Shown here: piece by piece, positions 40,555-53,500 of the stretch
How the letters are laid out: each line of letters begins with the position of its first letter
Numbering within the stretch: the first letter of the stretch is position 1
Source of the DNA: Selaginella moellendorffii
Taxonomy: Eukaryota > Plantae > Lycopodiophyta
DNA length: 64,000 nt
Reading direction: 5' to 3'
Assembly: GCF_000143415.4 (NCBI RefSeq)
Contig: NW_003314270.1
Span: 1,977,048 to 2,041,047, forward strand
The notes under the pieces: generated by a model
What the model saw: only the letters and a program-made list of their open reading frames with translations
What the model was told of the DNA's origin: nothing
The model's database searches: none
Position numbers and translations under genes: made by a program

Positions 40555-42551
40555 TTAGAGTTGACAGATGAAAAGCTAGCAGCTGGAAATAACGTGAGGC
40601 CACACGCCATTCACCACTGCATCAGATGTCTTGAGGCTGCATCCTAAGATGGCGTGAGGCTACACGCCATCTGTAACCGGACTGCACTCGAGAGCCCAAT
40701 CGGTGCATGCCAATGTTGCTACTGAATGGCATGTGGCCTCATGCCATTTTCTACTTGGCCTAAAAGACTTACCATTTGAAGCCGAATGGAGGCGTGGCAA
40801 TCAAGGCCGGACTCGCTGGCGAATGTGCACTGTGTGTGCAGCGGATCGTAGCAGCAAGGCTACTCTGCCACTTACAGTTGGAGAGTGGCGCTGAAATCTC
40901 TCGGGATGCCAAGTGGGCTGCGTGTGGGTGGCGGAGTGGGTGTCGGAGTTGGCGGCGAAGTTACAAACTGGGTGTGTCTTGAAGTGGATGCCGATGCACA
41001 CGAGTGCGATGTGAGCGCGAGTGTGATGCAAGCGCGAGTGGATGCCAATGCACACGAGAAACCTGTAGAGAAGGTAGATGAGCGCGAATGTGAGCGTGAT
41101 CGCGAGTGGGAGCGCGATGCGAGCGCAAGTGTGCGAGTGCGAGTACGAAGCAAAATGCAAAACCTAACCTCACACGCGCGAAATGTCACGACGGTTGGTA
41201 ATCCCGCAACGTCATCATTCCTCGGACTTGGGCGCCACCATTAATTTCTGGATCGCCGCGCGCATGCATGCACGTGAAATCCAAAAGAAATCCGTAACGT
41301 CATCATTCCTCGGACTGCATGCACGCGAAATCCAAAAGAAAGATCATGATTGGGATATCATTTAATACCCTCGCTATATTTATACCATGCATGATTGGAT
41401 ATTCCAAAGCATCTTGTATTTCCAAAAATGCCAAATGTTTAGCTAAATAAAGAATGGTATACAATGTCCTTCTTGATGACCCTGCAAAGAAGCATCTTGA
41501 TCGGACACCACATGAGACCACACGAGCCTTACAATGTTTCAGGGGCATTTGCCATAGATCCGACCGTTATTTTGCTCCAAGATTCTACAGTTTGGTGTGC
41601 ATTGACCTTTCCATCGACACTGCAAAGGGACATCACAATCAGATGCGGGATCACAAGAAACCAACTTCATTAACTCTGGTTTCACCAAGATCTACGTAAG
41701 GAGTTATGAAATGAAAGGACCCTCTCTATTGAAATGTGTTTATGGTCCTAGGGGCATTGTGATATATCAAAGGATTTTGCATCAAGTTCTGTATTTGCAT
41801 GTTTATCAAGCTACTGAATTGCTAAACCCTAAACCCTCCCTAAATATGTGGCAAATGCTGTGTGAAGAAAGATGCCCTTTCTGGGCAAATGCTGTAAGAG
41901 GCAGATGCCGAGCAGTTACACGGCAAATAATCTTGGTGCGGATCGCTGACATGGCATGGCAAAGTTCGAATCACTGACATGGCACAGCTGGATCGAGGCA
42001 AGGACATAATGTGACAAAGTTTAACGTCCGACAGCAAATTCTAGAAGCTACTCAGTTTGAAATTTATCAGAGGAATCATAAGATCTGGTTTGTCAGAGGA
42101 TTTGATGTGACGTTCAAGCGTGTGTTATTTTTGAATTCTCGAACTCATTCCTAGGTCTATCATTTTTGTGCGCCGTGTTCTTGGTTCCACTGAGCGCAAT
42201 GAGCACTGCTTGTGTAAGCGGCGTTGTGAGCTGTGGTTTATGCATCTACAAGCGGTTGCGGCATTGCGAGCGCCATTGCGAGCGGCAGTTTATGCGAGTG
42301 GCAGTTTGTGCGAGCGGCGCTACGAGCAGTTACGGTGGTGCGAGCGGCGCTACGGTACCACTAATGGTATGAGGGCTCATGCCATCTTGGGGCTTGCAAG
42401 TTCATCACTAGCATATTGCCAATAGTTTCTTTACCTGCCTGTAGCTGTGTGTTTATCAAGATGGCATGAGGCCTCATGCCAATTTTGTGAATGCGAAATT
42501 TCACGTAGGTGTCAATAGCATGCTTGAATAATGGCATGTGGCCTCATGCTA
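39313..42551. repeat. Seven dispersed 20-bp palindromes, consensus TGGCRTGWGGCCWCAYGCCA
   Basis: Copies start at 39313, 40590, 40650, 40727, 42365, 42462 (perfect TGGCATGAGGCCTCATGCCA) and 42532. Confidence 0.92.
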
Positions 42552-42635
42552 TTGAGGTTGTTTGGTATGTTATGATTTAGGCCATTCTCCAATCATTTTT
42601 TTGTATGGTCTTAACTTCTTTTCTGCACTTTCAGA

Positions 42636-44126
42636 ATGGCCTCCGCAAGTGTGACGCATGTTCCCTTCGTGAATCTTAAGAACTGTGCTACATGGATTCA
42701 GGCAAAGGTGTTTCTAAACAACCCCGAGGGGGAGGTGGTAGCTAAGGGCTTAGCCACAGTTGTCGATCCAAGAGATGTGGTTTCTAATCAAGAATTGGGC
42801 TGGGATGATATTGGAGTTGCGATTTTAGAGGTTGTTGACACAGAAGAAAACAGTCTGACTATTGGAAGCATTGTGCAGTGGAAATTGAGGCACTTAGTGT
42901 TTGAGAATGTGAAGGATTCACAATCAAACACCACTACAACTGATGATAGAACATCTCTTCATGGGAAAAGAAAGTACACCTTCCTAAAGCGCAGCCAAAG
43001 GGATCTGAGCAACGAACCGAAAAGGTAGAAAATGGCGATGGAGGTTCGAATGGTCTCGACAGTTGCTTGTTGCAAGAGGAGGTGCTGTTAACATGCTGAT
43101 TGGGATGCTATTGAAGAGGAGAGAGCAAGATACAAGACATTGTCCTGGAAGGCAGCTCGCAATTTTGTGTATGAGGCATTACGGTCATCTGTTGATGCTT
43201 CAGAACATCAGGTGGGGGGCATGGTCTTCCAGAGGGGTTTGGTCTGCATGAAGGCATGGAGAATCATTTATGGAGTCCCTCGAACCACATTCTACAGAAT
43301 CAAAACTGAGTTCGAGGAACAAAGGGTTCAACAGGCAGTCCATGGGAACGACGGTACTCACAAAACCAGGGGTCATGTTGTATATGGAGAGGCAATCTTC
43401 AAAAGGTTTGTCGAGACATGTAACAAGCAGCAACCACATAAAACCCGCCTCTTGGAAGATGGAACACGAGACACCCAACGAATTCTCCCTTCCATGTATA
43501 CCAAGGGGGCCATATTGGAAGATGTGAATCGGGAACTCCAGAGTAATGGCTACAGGAAGCTGAGCCAATCTAGATTTAGTAGATTGTGGAGCAACAGGTT
43601 CAGAGATGTGAGTATAGGAAAGTACTCCAGCTTTTCAAAGTGTGACGAGTGCACTGCTATCAAAATGGCTTTGTCGAAGAATTCTTGCATCGCTCAAGAG
43701 CGAGAGACATTGGTTAGAAGGCGGCTTGACCACAACATCGAGCAGAGAAGCTACAGGACTGCATATTATCATAACAGGATTCTCTCCATGGAGAGACCTG
43801 ACTCTTACCTCTGTATCATCCACGACAAAATGGACCAGAAAAAGACGTGCTTACCTCGACTCAATCCTGCCCCCAAGGCAATCTCTTCATCCATGTAGCT
43901 GCCTGTGTCTCTGTTTGGCATAATCGCTCATGGGTATGGTGCCCAGAACTATAGGAACTTCTTTGTACCTCTATGGGGAGGCGGGGGTGCAAACATGATG
44001 ATTGCGTCCCTAGCAAAACACTTAAGGTCTCTGCAAAGTGCAAAGTTAAATGACTTCTCCAAACTAGCAATGCCTCTTGCTACACCTTCACAATTAGATT
44101 CGTTAGAAAAAGATAACATTGAATAA
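42636..44126 (+). pseudogene. Sola-like DDD/E transposase, with premature stops and C-terminal truncation
   Basis: ORFs starting at 42636, 43140 and 43905 share one frame, broken by TAG/TAA/TAG. Motifs include CCKRRCC, CMKAWRIIYGV, HGNDG, FSKCDEC and IIHDKMDQKKTCLP. The gene lies within the TIRs. Confidence 0.75.
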
Positions 44127-45459
44127 TATCTAAATGTTCTCACCATTAAGTTATATGTCTGGCTAATAGGAATGACGTTCATCTTGGAAAGCTCACCACA
44201 TGCTCAATGAACAAACAAATAGTGTGTGCGCGCATGCCATCGCTCTTCTTTAGCTTCAGATTCGGCTTGTTCACCTTGACAATGAGATTTATTATACAAC
44301 CAGATGGACTCAGTCTGGACACAAAGTCACCGCGCTAGTCACCATGCCCCAGATATGTCTAGCCCCTGGACAAAAAACATATAATTTCACGTCATTTTCA
44401 AATACTTGAAAATTTGTACCTAGTCCCATTTTACTGAATAAATCCCACTTTAACGAAATAGAGCTTGTTGATGGTACTTTTAATTTTTATTCTATGCTTC
44501 CTCGAAATGTGGAGTATTCTTCAGTTCACAAATGTAAGCAATTCCATTTTACTTTAGTCACTTAACCACACCTCTGACCACTTGGAAGGGTTTCACTCAC
44601 AACCTCTATAAATCCTATTCTAGACTTAGGGACTTACTAGCCCCAAGAATGGCATCTATGCCACCTAAACATTGCACTTGGTCCAAGTGCTCCATGTGTC
44701 TGATCCCATGACCGACACCCAAAGGTACCACTTACATATTAGCCTATTATGCTAAGGCTATGCCCATTCACCTTTGTTACATTAGTGATCCAACACCACC
44801 TACATCATTGTCCCGTCTCTCAAAGACCGGACCTATCCATCTATGAGTGGTCATCCCAAATCTATTCCTTAGCATCTTTAGGATCCCCGCAAACATGGGG
44901 AACAGCCTTCCCCAATATCCCTTTTTTGGTCCCTACCAAATCCCTTTCCGACCATAGTTGTGTTCGCCAACACTACCAATGGATCAAAGTCTATAGGCTC
45001 GACCACCAAATACCATAGTCATCTGGGACTTTTTTACCATGTGACCGTATCCTTGGTAGAGGATTGCTCCTCTTCCTTTCCACAATCTGGGACTTTGGGA
45101 CAACGTTTCAGAACACCGTGGCCTTATGCAAGCCTCATGTGTACTCTCCCCGCCTTCTGCCTTTGGGTGCTCTAGCCATGGGCTTAGAGCAAGGTTCCAT
45201 TAAGCCACACCAAATATCCAAGTAGGTAGTGCCACCCATGCTTAGACTTGGAGCATCGGCCATTCAATCTTCCGGGGGAATTAAAGTCGGCTCTTGGACA
45301 CTTCACCAAGCTACCCCATTTGTCAGTTTGTATTCACTCTAGCCTTGGACTTCCCAGTGATTATCCCATCACCCAACATCTGGGTACAGCCTTCCTGGGC
45401 CAAATTGGCTTTTCCTAGCCAAACTGGCTCCACTAGAGTCCTCCTAACCTTGGGCTTCA

Positions 45460-45670
45460 TCTCGGGTCCTTCTCAGACTCCATTTTGGATTCCATCTCAG
45501 GTCCATCTCAGACTCCATCCTGGACTCCATCTCGGGTCCATCTCGAACTCCATCTCAAATCCATCTCGAACTCCATCCCGGACTCCATCTCAAACTCCAT
45601 CTTGGATCCATCTCAGACTCCATCTCGGGTCCATCTCGGACTCCATCTCAAATTCTTCTTGGACTCCACC
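45460..45670 (+). repeat. ~12-bp tandem repeats (ACTCCATCTCGG-like) inside the family D LTR
   Basis: Visible periodic CTCCATCTC units; a shorter array occurs at ~50065-50155. Confidence 0.85.
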
Positions 45671-46772
45671 ACGTGTCATGTGTTGGTCCTCTTGTGTCCC
45701 TTTTCTAGAGACTCTCTTATTGCTCACTTCATGATTGTTCCTTTTGCACTCCGTTAGGAGTTCCACTCTAACTCTCGACTCTCCAAGTTGGAGCTTTTAG
45801 TGTAAACATGTTATGCTTGTTTGGCTTTTGCTTCAGCTACTACCACATGGCACCCTTTTGGCTCCTCTTTGAGGCCTAGGGATTTTTATGTCTCACAACT
45901 CCACCACCTATAGATGAAGTTCGATGTCCTCATTGAACAGTAAACCCTTTTATAAAGTAACACCAATATGTATTACTCTTTCCATCATTGGCACCTAGCC
46001 AATATTTGTCAATGGTTTGACACCAAAGGCTCCCCATGCCTTATCCATCTTCTAAGGAGCATAGTCTCTTCAACATAGAAACCCATTCGACCATTAGGGG
46101 TGGTTCTCTCCCATTTATTGATTTAGTTCTTGCTAAACCTGTTAGAGACACCTTCTTTTTCTCAATCCCACAACTACTTATTCTTGAGTAGTCTCAACTT
46201 CAATCAATAATCATTCCACTTTGGAACTTTTAATTTTGATTTCTCGAAGTCGATTTCCTAGGTGTCTTCGACATCTTTTATTGCACATACAATGCAAACT
46301 TCACTTCTCTATCCTAGGAAATTCCCTACTTGAAGGCACCATCATCCTCTTTTCTTTTTTGTGCCACCTTTGGCACTAAATTCCAATTATCATAAGTTGT
46401 GTTAGAGTTGTTCACGACCCTATCATTTGGCTACTTTGTTGCTCCCTTTCTTAGAGCTTTCACCCTTGCTAAATTGGAGCATTTGGGAATCCATCTTTGA
46501 AAACACATTTCTTTTTCCGCAATCCGTTAACATCCAACATATTAATGTTCCTTGCCTAATTTTGCCATTTAGACTCCTTCCAATGAATTCTATGGCCCAC
46601 ACTTGGCCATTAGTCTTTTGCTCCTATCATTGATTGTTGCATCAAGCAACATAGGATCACTACCTTTATCCTTGAGGTATTCTTTCGATTCCATGGCAAA
46701 TGCTCCATGTTACCAAGTCCAAAGGGTGTTCACCCCTAGTAGGTCTCTTTAACACATTCTATTGTGGGCTTT

Positions 46773-46872
46773 NNNNNNNNNNNNNNNNNNNNNNNNNNNN
46801 NNNNNNNNNNNNNNNNNNNNNNNNNNNNNNNNNNNNNNNNNNNNNNNNNNNNNNNNNNNNNNNNNNNNNNNN
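46773..46872. other. Assembly gap (100 N)
   Basis: Run of n characters. Confidence 1.
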
Positions 46873-47290
46873 AGATTACCTTTTTGGACTTGATATACTA
46901 TCACATTGACACCACTAATTTCCCTTTAAGTGTTCTTCCCACTTGGTCACTTTGACCAAGTTATACTATTACCAACAATTTAAATCAACACTTTAAACTA
47001 GAAATTTCATTTCTTAACCTTACAAGGATTTCATCCTTATTTAACCATAAAATCATCTAGTGATATAACCTTGACAGATTTGTTAATAGATACTGGGTCT
47101 TCTAAACCTTTAAGTTGTTAACCATGACCTCAGGGGCATCCCCCACACTTGGCAATGCAGCCAAACTAGCCCAAAGGTCCATAGCAATTGAAATTAGGTG
47201 TCCCCATCTCATTCACCACGTCCTTAGTGCCACTTACACCAAAGTGTTTAAATTAGATTTGCCAAGCTTTCACTCTAACCAATCTAACCA

Positions 47291-47551
47291 TGTATCACGA
47301 CTCCGAAGCATCCCCTACTTGGCAGTGTGCCCAAGCTAATCTCTTCATTGAGAGTCCATGACCACTGAAATATGAGTGTCCTCATAGTCCAAATCATCAC
47401 CATGCCTTAGTGATTTGGGACTCGAACCCAAGCACTAAAGGGTTGGGACTCGAACCCAACCTTCGTATATGCATCTATGGATAGCATCACTCAGGATGCC
47501 AAGCATGACTCCCCACACTGGTGCACCAATTTATACCCAAAGCGCACTACA
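47291..47551 (-). mobile_element. Putative 261-bp solo LTR with two tRNA T-arm/B-box-like hairpins
   Basis: TGTA...TACA ends, flanks AACCA/GATCA, and TTGGGACTCGAACCCAA at 47415 and 47443. Confidence 0.45.
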
Positions 47552-50530
47552 GATCACAACTTAGGAACTTAGTTCCTCTACACTGCCAAGTCCTTTCACT
47601 TAACAAGTCTATGATCATGTATGGACTCCTCCATGCTTGGCCCCATGGGCCATTCTTTTTGAAGTTAGCACCTTCAACTAGGGTATTTGTTCCCCCGATT
47701 TGCCAACCTCGCTTAGCAAGTCATTCGACCACTGTAACATAGTTCATGCATAAATGTGAAAGTCCTTAACCATTGACTTTCGTTCAAAGCCATCCTTTTG
47801 AACACTTGGGAATTACTTCCCCGACCTTGATAGCCTTGACTCATGGCAAGTTCTAAGACCACGCTTTTGCTGTGCCACTCTGATTTCGCACATTTTATGA
47901 ATCATTTACATTTAGTTTTCTAGGTATTAAACTACCTAGAATTGTCTTTGGGAACATTGAAGGAACTCTGTCCCTTAGCTTGTTAATGCCTCTCTTTTCG
48001 CAAGCTTTTCTAATTGCCATATAGTCTAACATGGATAATTCCATATTTTAGACTCTTCATGGCATCACAGTTGCCAGTAGCAACACGCTCGAGCACTCTC
48101 TTAATTCTCCACTCTCAACTTGCATAACCACCCTTAGTTATGCCCTTTGATTAATATAGTTTGGTTCTATCCCTTTACTACTTGTTTTTGACTTCACATG
48201 TTTCTTCTGGTTATTCTCCTCAAAATTAAGAAGATAGCTTTACACTTTTTACCATGCCTTAGCAAGTATTCTTAAGGATGAGCCTACCCGATAGACTAAG
48301 GAGTGGTTCCTCAATCTAGGTATACTCACTTTGTAATCCCATACACTGGGATTAACATTGTTACTTATGGGCCTTTATATGCCCATCACTAGCCTTGCCA
48401 AAATCCCTTTTTGGCTTTGTCCAATTTAAATAAATAGATTACTCTCGTCTCCGCAACCTTGGATATTGGATGGCACTTTCTATCCATCATTTATTAAGGA
48501 TTTAGTCCCTTAAGCCTTATCTAATGTCTTCATGACACCAAATACCACTTCTTGGTGTTTTAAAGTGTTTGGATATCCCAATGATAGCCTTCTTCAATGA
48601 GCATTCCTTTTACGACATTGACTTATTATATCACAACATAAGCAATTTATCCTCCAAAAGGGTATATTCAACTTCTTTATCCCAATAAAAAGTCTTAGGT
48701 AATTACTTTGTACCAGTTTAATCACTTATTTTGCATTTTTTGATTAGTTGCTTTATAATTGTCAAGTCCTACAACTCATTGCTAGTGTTCCTACACCTCC
48801 ATCATTATTTAGGTCACCACACTCCAACTGCATGCCTTCCAGCTTATGCTATGCCATTCCCATTTCCATTAAGGCTCCTTTAGGAAGGAGTTCTCATGAT
48901 CTCGCCAACTTAAATCACGCTTTGGCACATTTGGTGTTTCCACACCATCGGCTCCATGAGCCCACATTTATGACACTTTTTACTTATGTCTAGGTCTTTT
49001 TCATTACCAGTACAGTTGTTTCTCATGATAACTATCCGTTAGCACTACATTATAAAGTTTACGCGCAATTTTGTGTCAAAGTTGTTTTCTTCTAGGAACA
49101 CCTTTCCCACGACTTTAGTATGGCACATTCTATTATCAATGAGATAACCATTTTTTTCACACTTAGATCTTATGATCCTCCCCATCCTTTATGGGGCATA
49201 ACACACCTCAGTCCAAATGCTTTTACCAATCCCTTAGGACCATTTCTTGACTTTACTTGAGTCATCTAGCAATTTTGGACTTTGTTAATCCAATGACATA
49301 TAAGGTCCTATTTTTGAGGTGCCAGCTCATTGGAATATAGCTTCATGTATTCATGTCCTACTCATAAATACTATCTTTGCAAATGTTACTTCAACACTTG
49401 ATTATTTTCCATTCCCTATGAGCTACTTTTGCCCTTTAGGATTATCAGTCCACATAATAGGAATACCGACTTATCCTTTGAGCACACCCCCAACTCCTTA
49501 GGTTTGTTCCATCATTTATAAAAGGTAGCCTTGGCTACCATTTCAAGGACTCGTGTTCTCATCCGTATTTGACCTCTCACGATCATTAATTCCGGTCTCA
49601 AATTCATGAGCATCAGCCTCAACTATATAAGGATAATCTTGTGACTCCTTTATTGTTTTGGAGTCCTCATTTTTCCCGTGATCCCAACTATAGTTGTTTA
49701 CCACAATTACATTAGCCAATTTGCTAAGTCAAACACTCATCTCAATCACATCCTCAACTCTCTGAGGAAAATTTTATACTATTCCTAAGATCCCAAAGTC
49801 GTTTCATTATTGACCCTTTTCTATCCACCACCTTGCTTACAAGTTCACATATGAATTGTAACGAAAAGCCATGTCTTTTCGACTTGTTACTCCTCAAGGA
49901 TAGGCCCACTTCTAGGACCTTCCGATGCCAACACCAGTGGTGATATACTTGAGCACTAATAAAAGTCAGACTAAGAAACAACTCCAATACTAAATTGTAG
50001 GCGACTAAATTTTCCATTCTACTTTAGTCACTTAACCACACTTTCGACCACTTGAAGCTTCATTTTGGATTCCATCTCGGGTCCATTTCGGACTCTATCC
50101 CAGACTCCATCTCGGTCTATGTCGAATTCCATCTCGGGTTTATCTCGGACTCCACCACGTGCCATGTGTTAGTCCTCTTATATCCCTTTTCTAAAGACTC
50201 TCTTATTGCTCACTTCATGCTCGTTCCTTGAGCACTCCATCAGGAGTTCCACTCCCGCTTTCAACTCTTTAAGTTAGAGTTTTTAGTGTAAATATGTTAT
50301 GCTTGTTTGGCTTTTGCTTCGGCCACTACCACGTGGCACCCTTTCAGCTCCTCTTTGGGGCCTAGGGATTTTTATGTCTCATAACGAGTTGGAGAGTTGA
50401 GCTTAAGTTTCAATTGTAGTTTAATATAAACATTATAAACTTTAAAATATTAAAGTTATGTTGAACTTAATAATTTCACAACTCTATAAGGACACTTCTT
50501 CTTCTAACAATTTAAATATTTATTACATGA

Positions 50531-53500
50531 TGTGAGTGCCTGGAATATGGAAAGGGAATACAGAAATGTGCATATCAATTAGCCCAAAAACCCTAGCTTA
50601 TATACAGGAGCGAGTGGTCCGGATTGAAACCAATCCGTCGGCTACCAAAATCCACTACGCTAATATTAGTATACGGCATCGTAGCCATACACTTGGCCCT
50701 CACATCATCCCCTCCTCTCGGAATAATGGAAGGCCGTTAGGGTTCTCTTGTAGATGGGCCGGGATCTGGAGGAACGTCAGGAGGAGGCATTGGCGGATCT
50801 GTAGACAGTATTAACTGCTCCTGATCCCTTTGTATGAAGCATTTTAACCGCTACACATGCACAATCTCTAGAGGATCGGCCTGCTGAACGCCATGCCGAA
50901 CCTCATAAACTTGCGGTCCAACTTGCCGCAACACCCGATACGGTCCTTTCCACTGCGCAAGGAGCCCCTTAGATAAACCACGTACCGTAAGATGGGGAAA
51001 ACGGACTAACACCAAATTATCCACTTTGTACTCCGCAGGTGGATGATGATGGGAGTTGTAGCACCGTTGTTGTCCCACTTGTACGCGGCCTAAGTGTTCG
51101 GTAGACTCTGCTCGGACAAGTGGAAAAATGCTTGTCAAATACTGATCCCATGATCTAGCATTAGGAGCTCGTGGCAATCGCGAAGGTCAACCCAACTCTA
51201 TTGGTAATATTGGATCATGACCATATAGAAGTTTATATGGTGAAGCACCAATAGAACTCTGCACCCCTGTGACATAGGCATACCGAAGAAACGGCAAATA
51301 ACCATCCCAATCCGAATGCTGAAAGTTCACATACTTTGCAATCATCCCTTTGAATGTCCAAACAAGCCGTTCCACCAGACCGTCTGATTGTGGATGATAA
51401 GCACTCGTAAAAGTGTGGCGTATCCCTAATCGAGATGTCAAAACATGAAATACCTCAGCCATAAATGCAAGACCATTATCCAAAAGAATCCGCTCTGGAC
51501 AAGAATGCTGGAACACCACTCGATTGAGGAGGAAGTATCCAACAGCAGTTGCAGAGGCGCTAGCAAGAGCACCAACTTCCACCCAACGAGTCAAGTAGTC
51601 AGAAGCAATAATAACATACTCATTGCCAGCAGTCGATCGTGGAAAAGGTCCCATAAGATCAAACGCCACCAACTCAAACGAACGGGAAACTGCAATTGAC
51701 TCCAACCGTCCTTCCGCAGCACAAGGGCGAGTATTACGAGCTTGGCACCAAACGCAGCTACACACATACCGGATAATATCACGTCGCATCGCATCTCCGG
51801 CCAATAGAAAGACCTGCGCAGCTTCTCAATGACACGACGGTGTCCCATATGCCCACCTAAAACAGGAGAATCATGGTAGGCATGGAGAAACCGCGGAATA
51901 AACACCGAAGGCACCACCAACCGTAAATGATCATCAGGATCCATCCCCACAAAATAAAGAAGGCCATCTTCAAGGCGATATTGAGAATGTAAATGCTGGA
52001 AAGGCAAGTCATCAACAAGTGATGCAAGATTCTCAAACCCATCTCGAAGCCTTCGAATCCACGGCTCAATCTTTTGAGCCTCGCGAACCTCATCAAGAGA
52101 AGGTAGATCTTGCTCTGCGCCCTGTGGACACTGAATGTCAAGGACAGCAACCGCCGATGGCACAGAATCCTCATCTAGAAAATCCACAAACGCTGGAATA
52201 ACAAGTTCGTCAAAAACATGAGAAGTGAGTGGAGAAGGAAGAGGAGCTCGAGAAAGGGCATCAGCATCAGCCATAGAACTCCCTGGGCGATGAACAACAT
52301 CGAAATCATATATCTGAACCTTCAAAGCCCATCGAGCTGTACGACCAACCAGGTTCTTTCGCTTCAATAATGAAGTAACAGCAGCATGGTCACCTTCAAG
52401 TAACGTCCGAGAACCATATAGATATGCATGAAGTTTCTCGAAACCCCAGACTGCTGCTAAACACTCCTTCTCCGTCGTGGAGTAGTTTATCTCCGCTGGT
52501 TGTAATGTATGGCTTATGTATGCAATGGGATGGCGTTGACCAGGCACACTCAAGCTCTCTTGCATCAACACACCTTCAAGACCAATGTCAGAAGCATCCA
52601 CGCGCAAAATAAAAGGTCGAGTGTAGTCAGGATATGCCAAAACCGGAGGAGTCATCAATAGCTCTTTGAGATCCACAAACGCCCGCTCACAATTTGGAGA
52701 CCAGATGAAAGATGACGTTGATGACTTCAGCAATGCTCGCAATGGTGTAGTGCGATCGGAAAGATGATCCACAAAACAACCGAGATACTGCACCTTACCC
52801 AAAAAGCGCTGCACATCATTCACACACTTCGGAGTAGGGAACTTTAGAACAGCCACAAGTTTGTCAGGATCAACTTGCAAACCCTCACGAGAAATACGGT
52901 ACCCAAGATAAGTTGTGTCCTTGGACCCAAACACACACTTTGACCGCTTCAGCTTTAAACCACCATCGCGTAACCGATCCAACACTTTACAAACATCACG
53001 AACGTGCTCCTCCCACGTCCCCTCCGAGTGGATCAAGACGTCATCAATGAAGTCAGCAGTCACCTCCGGCATATCGCAAAGAACCTCATCCATCATCTGC
53101 TAGAAAGTTGCTGGAGTATTGTTCAAACCAAATGGCATCACTAAGAACTCATACAAACGAAATGGTGTACAAAAAGTAGTCTTAGGAATATCTTCTTCGG
53201 CCATCGGTACTTGCCAATACCCAGAAGCAAGATCTAGCTTGGTGAACTAACAACTTTGCCCTAGATGATGTAAGAGATCAGCAGTGTGAGGAAGAGGATA
53301 CATATCTAGGATCGTCACTTCGTTTAACGGACGATAGTCGATGCAGAAACGAATACTCCCATTAGGCTTCGTCACAAGATGAGGTTCACATGCCCAAGGA
53401 CTCCGCGACTTCCGAATAACACCCTTCTCCAGCATTTCCTTGACGTTTTCTCGTAAAATCTTGATCTCCTTAGGTGACCGACGACGAACAGGAACCTTGA

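Larger units (their letters stand above)
38228..44466. mobile_element. TIR DNA transposon, Sola-like, carrying two divergent genes
   Basis: 24-bp perfect TIRs (AAGCTCTATTTCGTTAAAGTGGGA at 38228-38251; reverse complement at 44443-44466) and 4-bp TSD GTTG (38224-38227, 44467-44470). The superfamily assignment is inferred from the TSD length and transposase motifs. Confidence 0.88.
44533..50383 (-). mobile_element. Old decayed LTR retrotransposon (family D)
   Basis: Related LTRs at 44533-45897 and 49996-50383 (the latter internally deleted), PPT-like GGTGGTGGAGT on the minus strand at ~45898-45908, a decayed Met-PBS near 49990, and flanks ACAAA/ACGAG. The span includes an assembly gap. Confidence 0.7.

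Noticed and set aside
39313-42551. CRISPR-like array from the palindromic repeats
   Set aside because: Spacing is irregular and spread over 3 kb, there are no cas genes, and the context is eukaryotic.
46700-46955. ORFs spanning X runs
   Set aside because: Artefacts of the N gap.
47415-47459. tRNA gene
   Set aside because: Only T-arm-like hairpins are present, with no cloverleaf.
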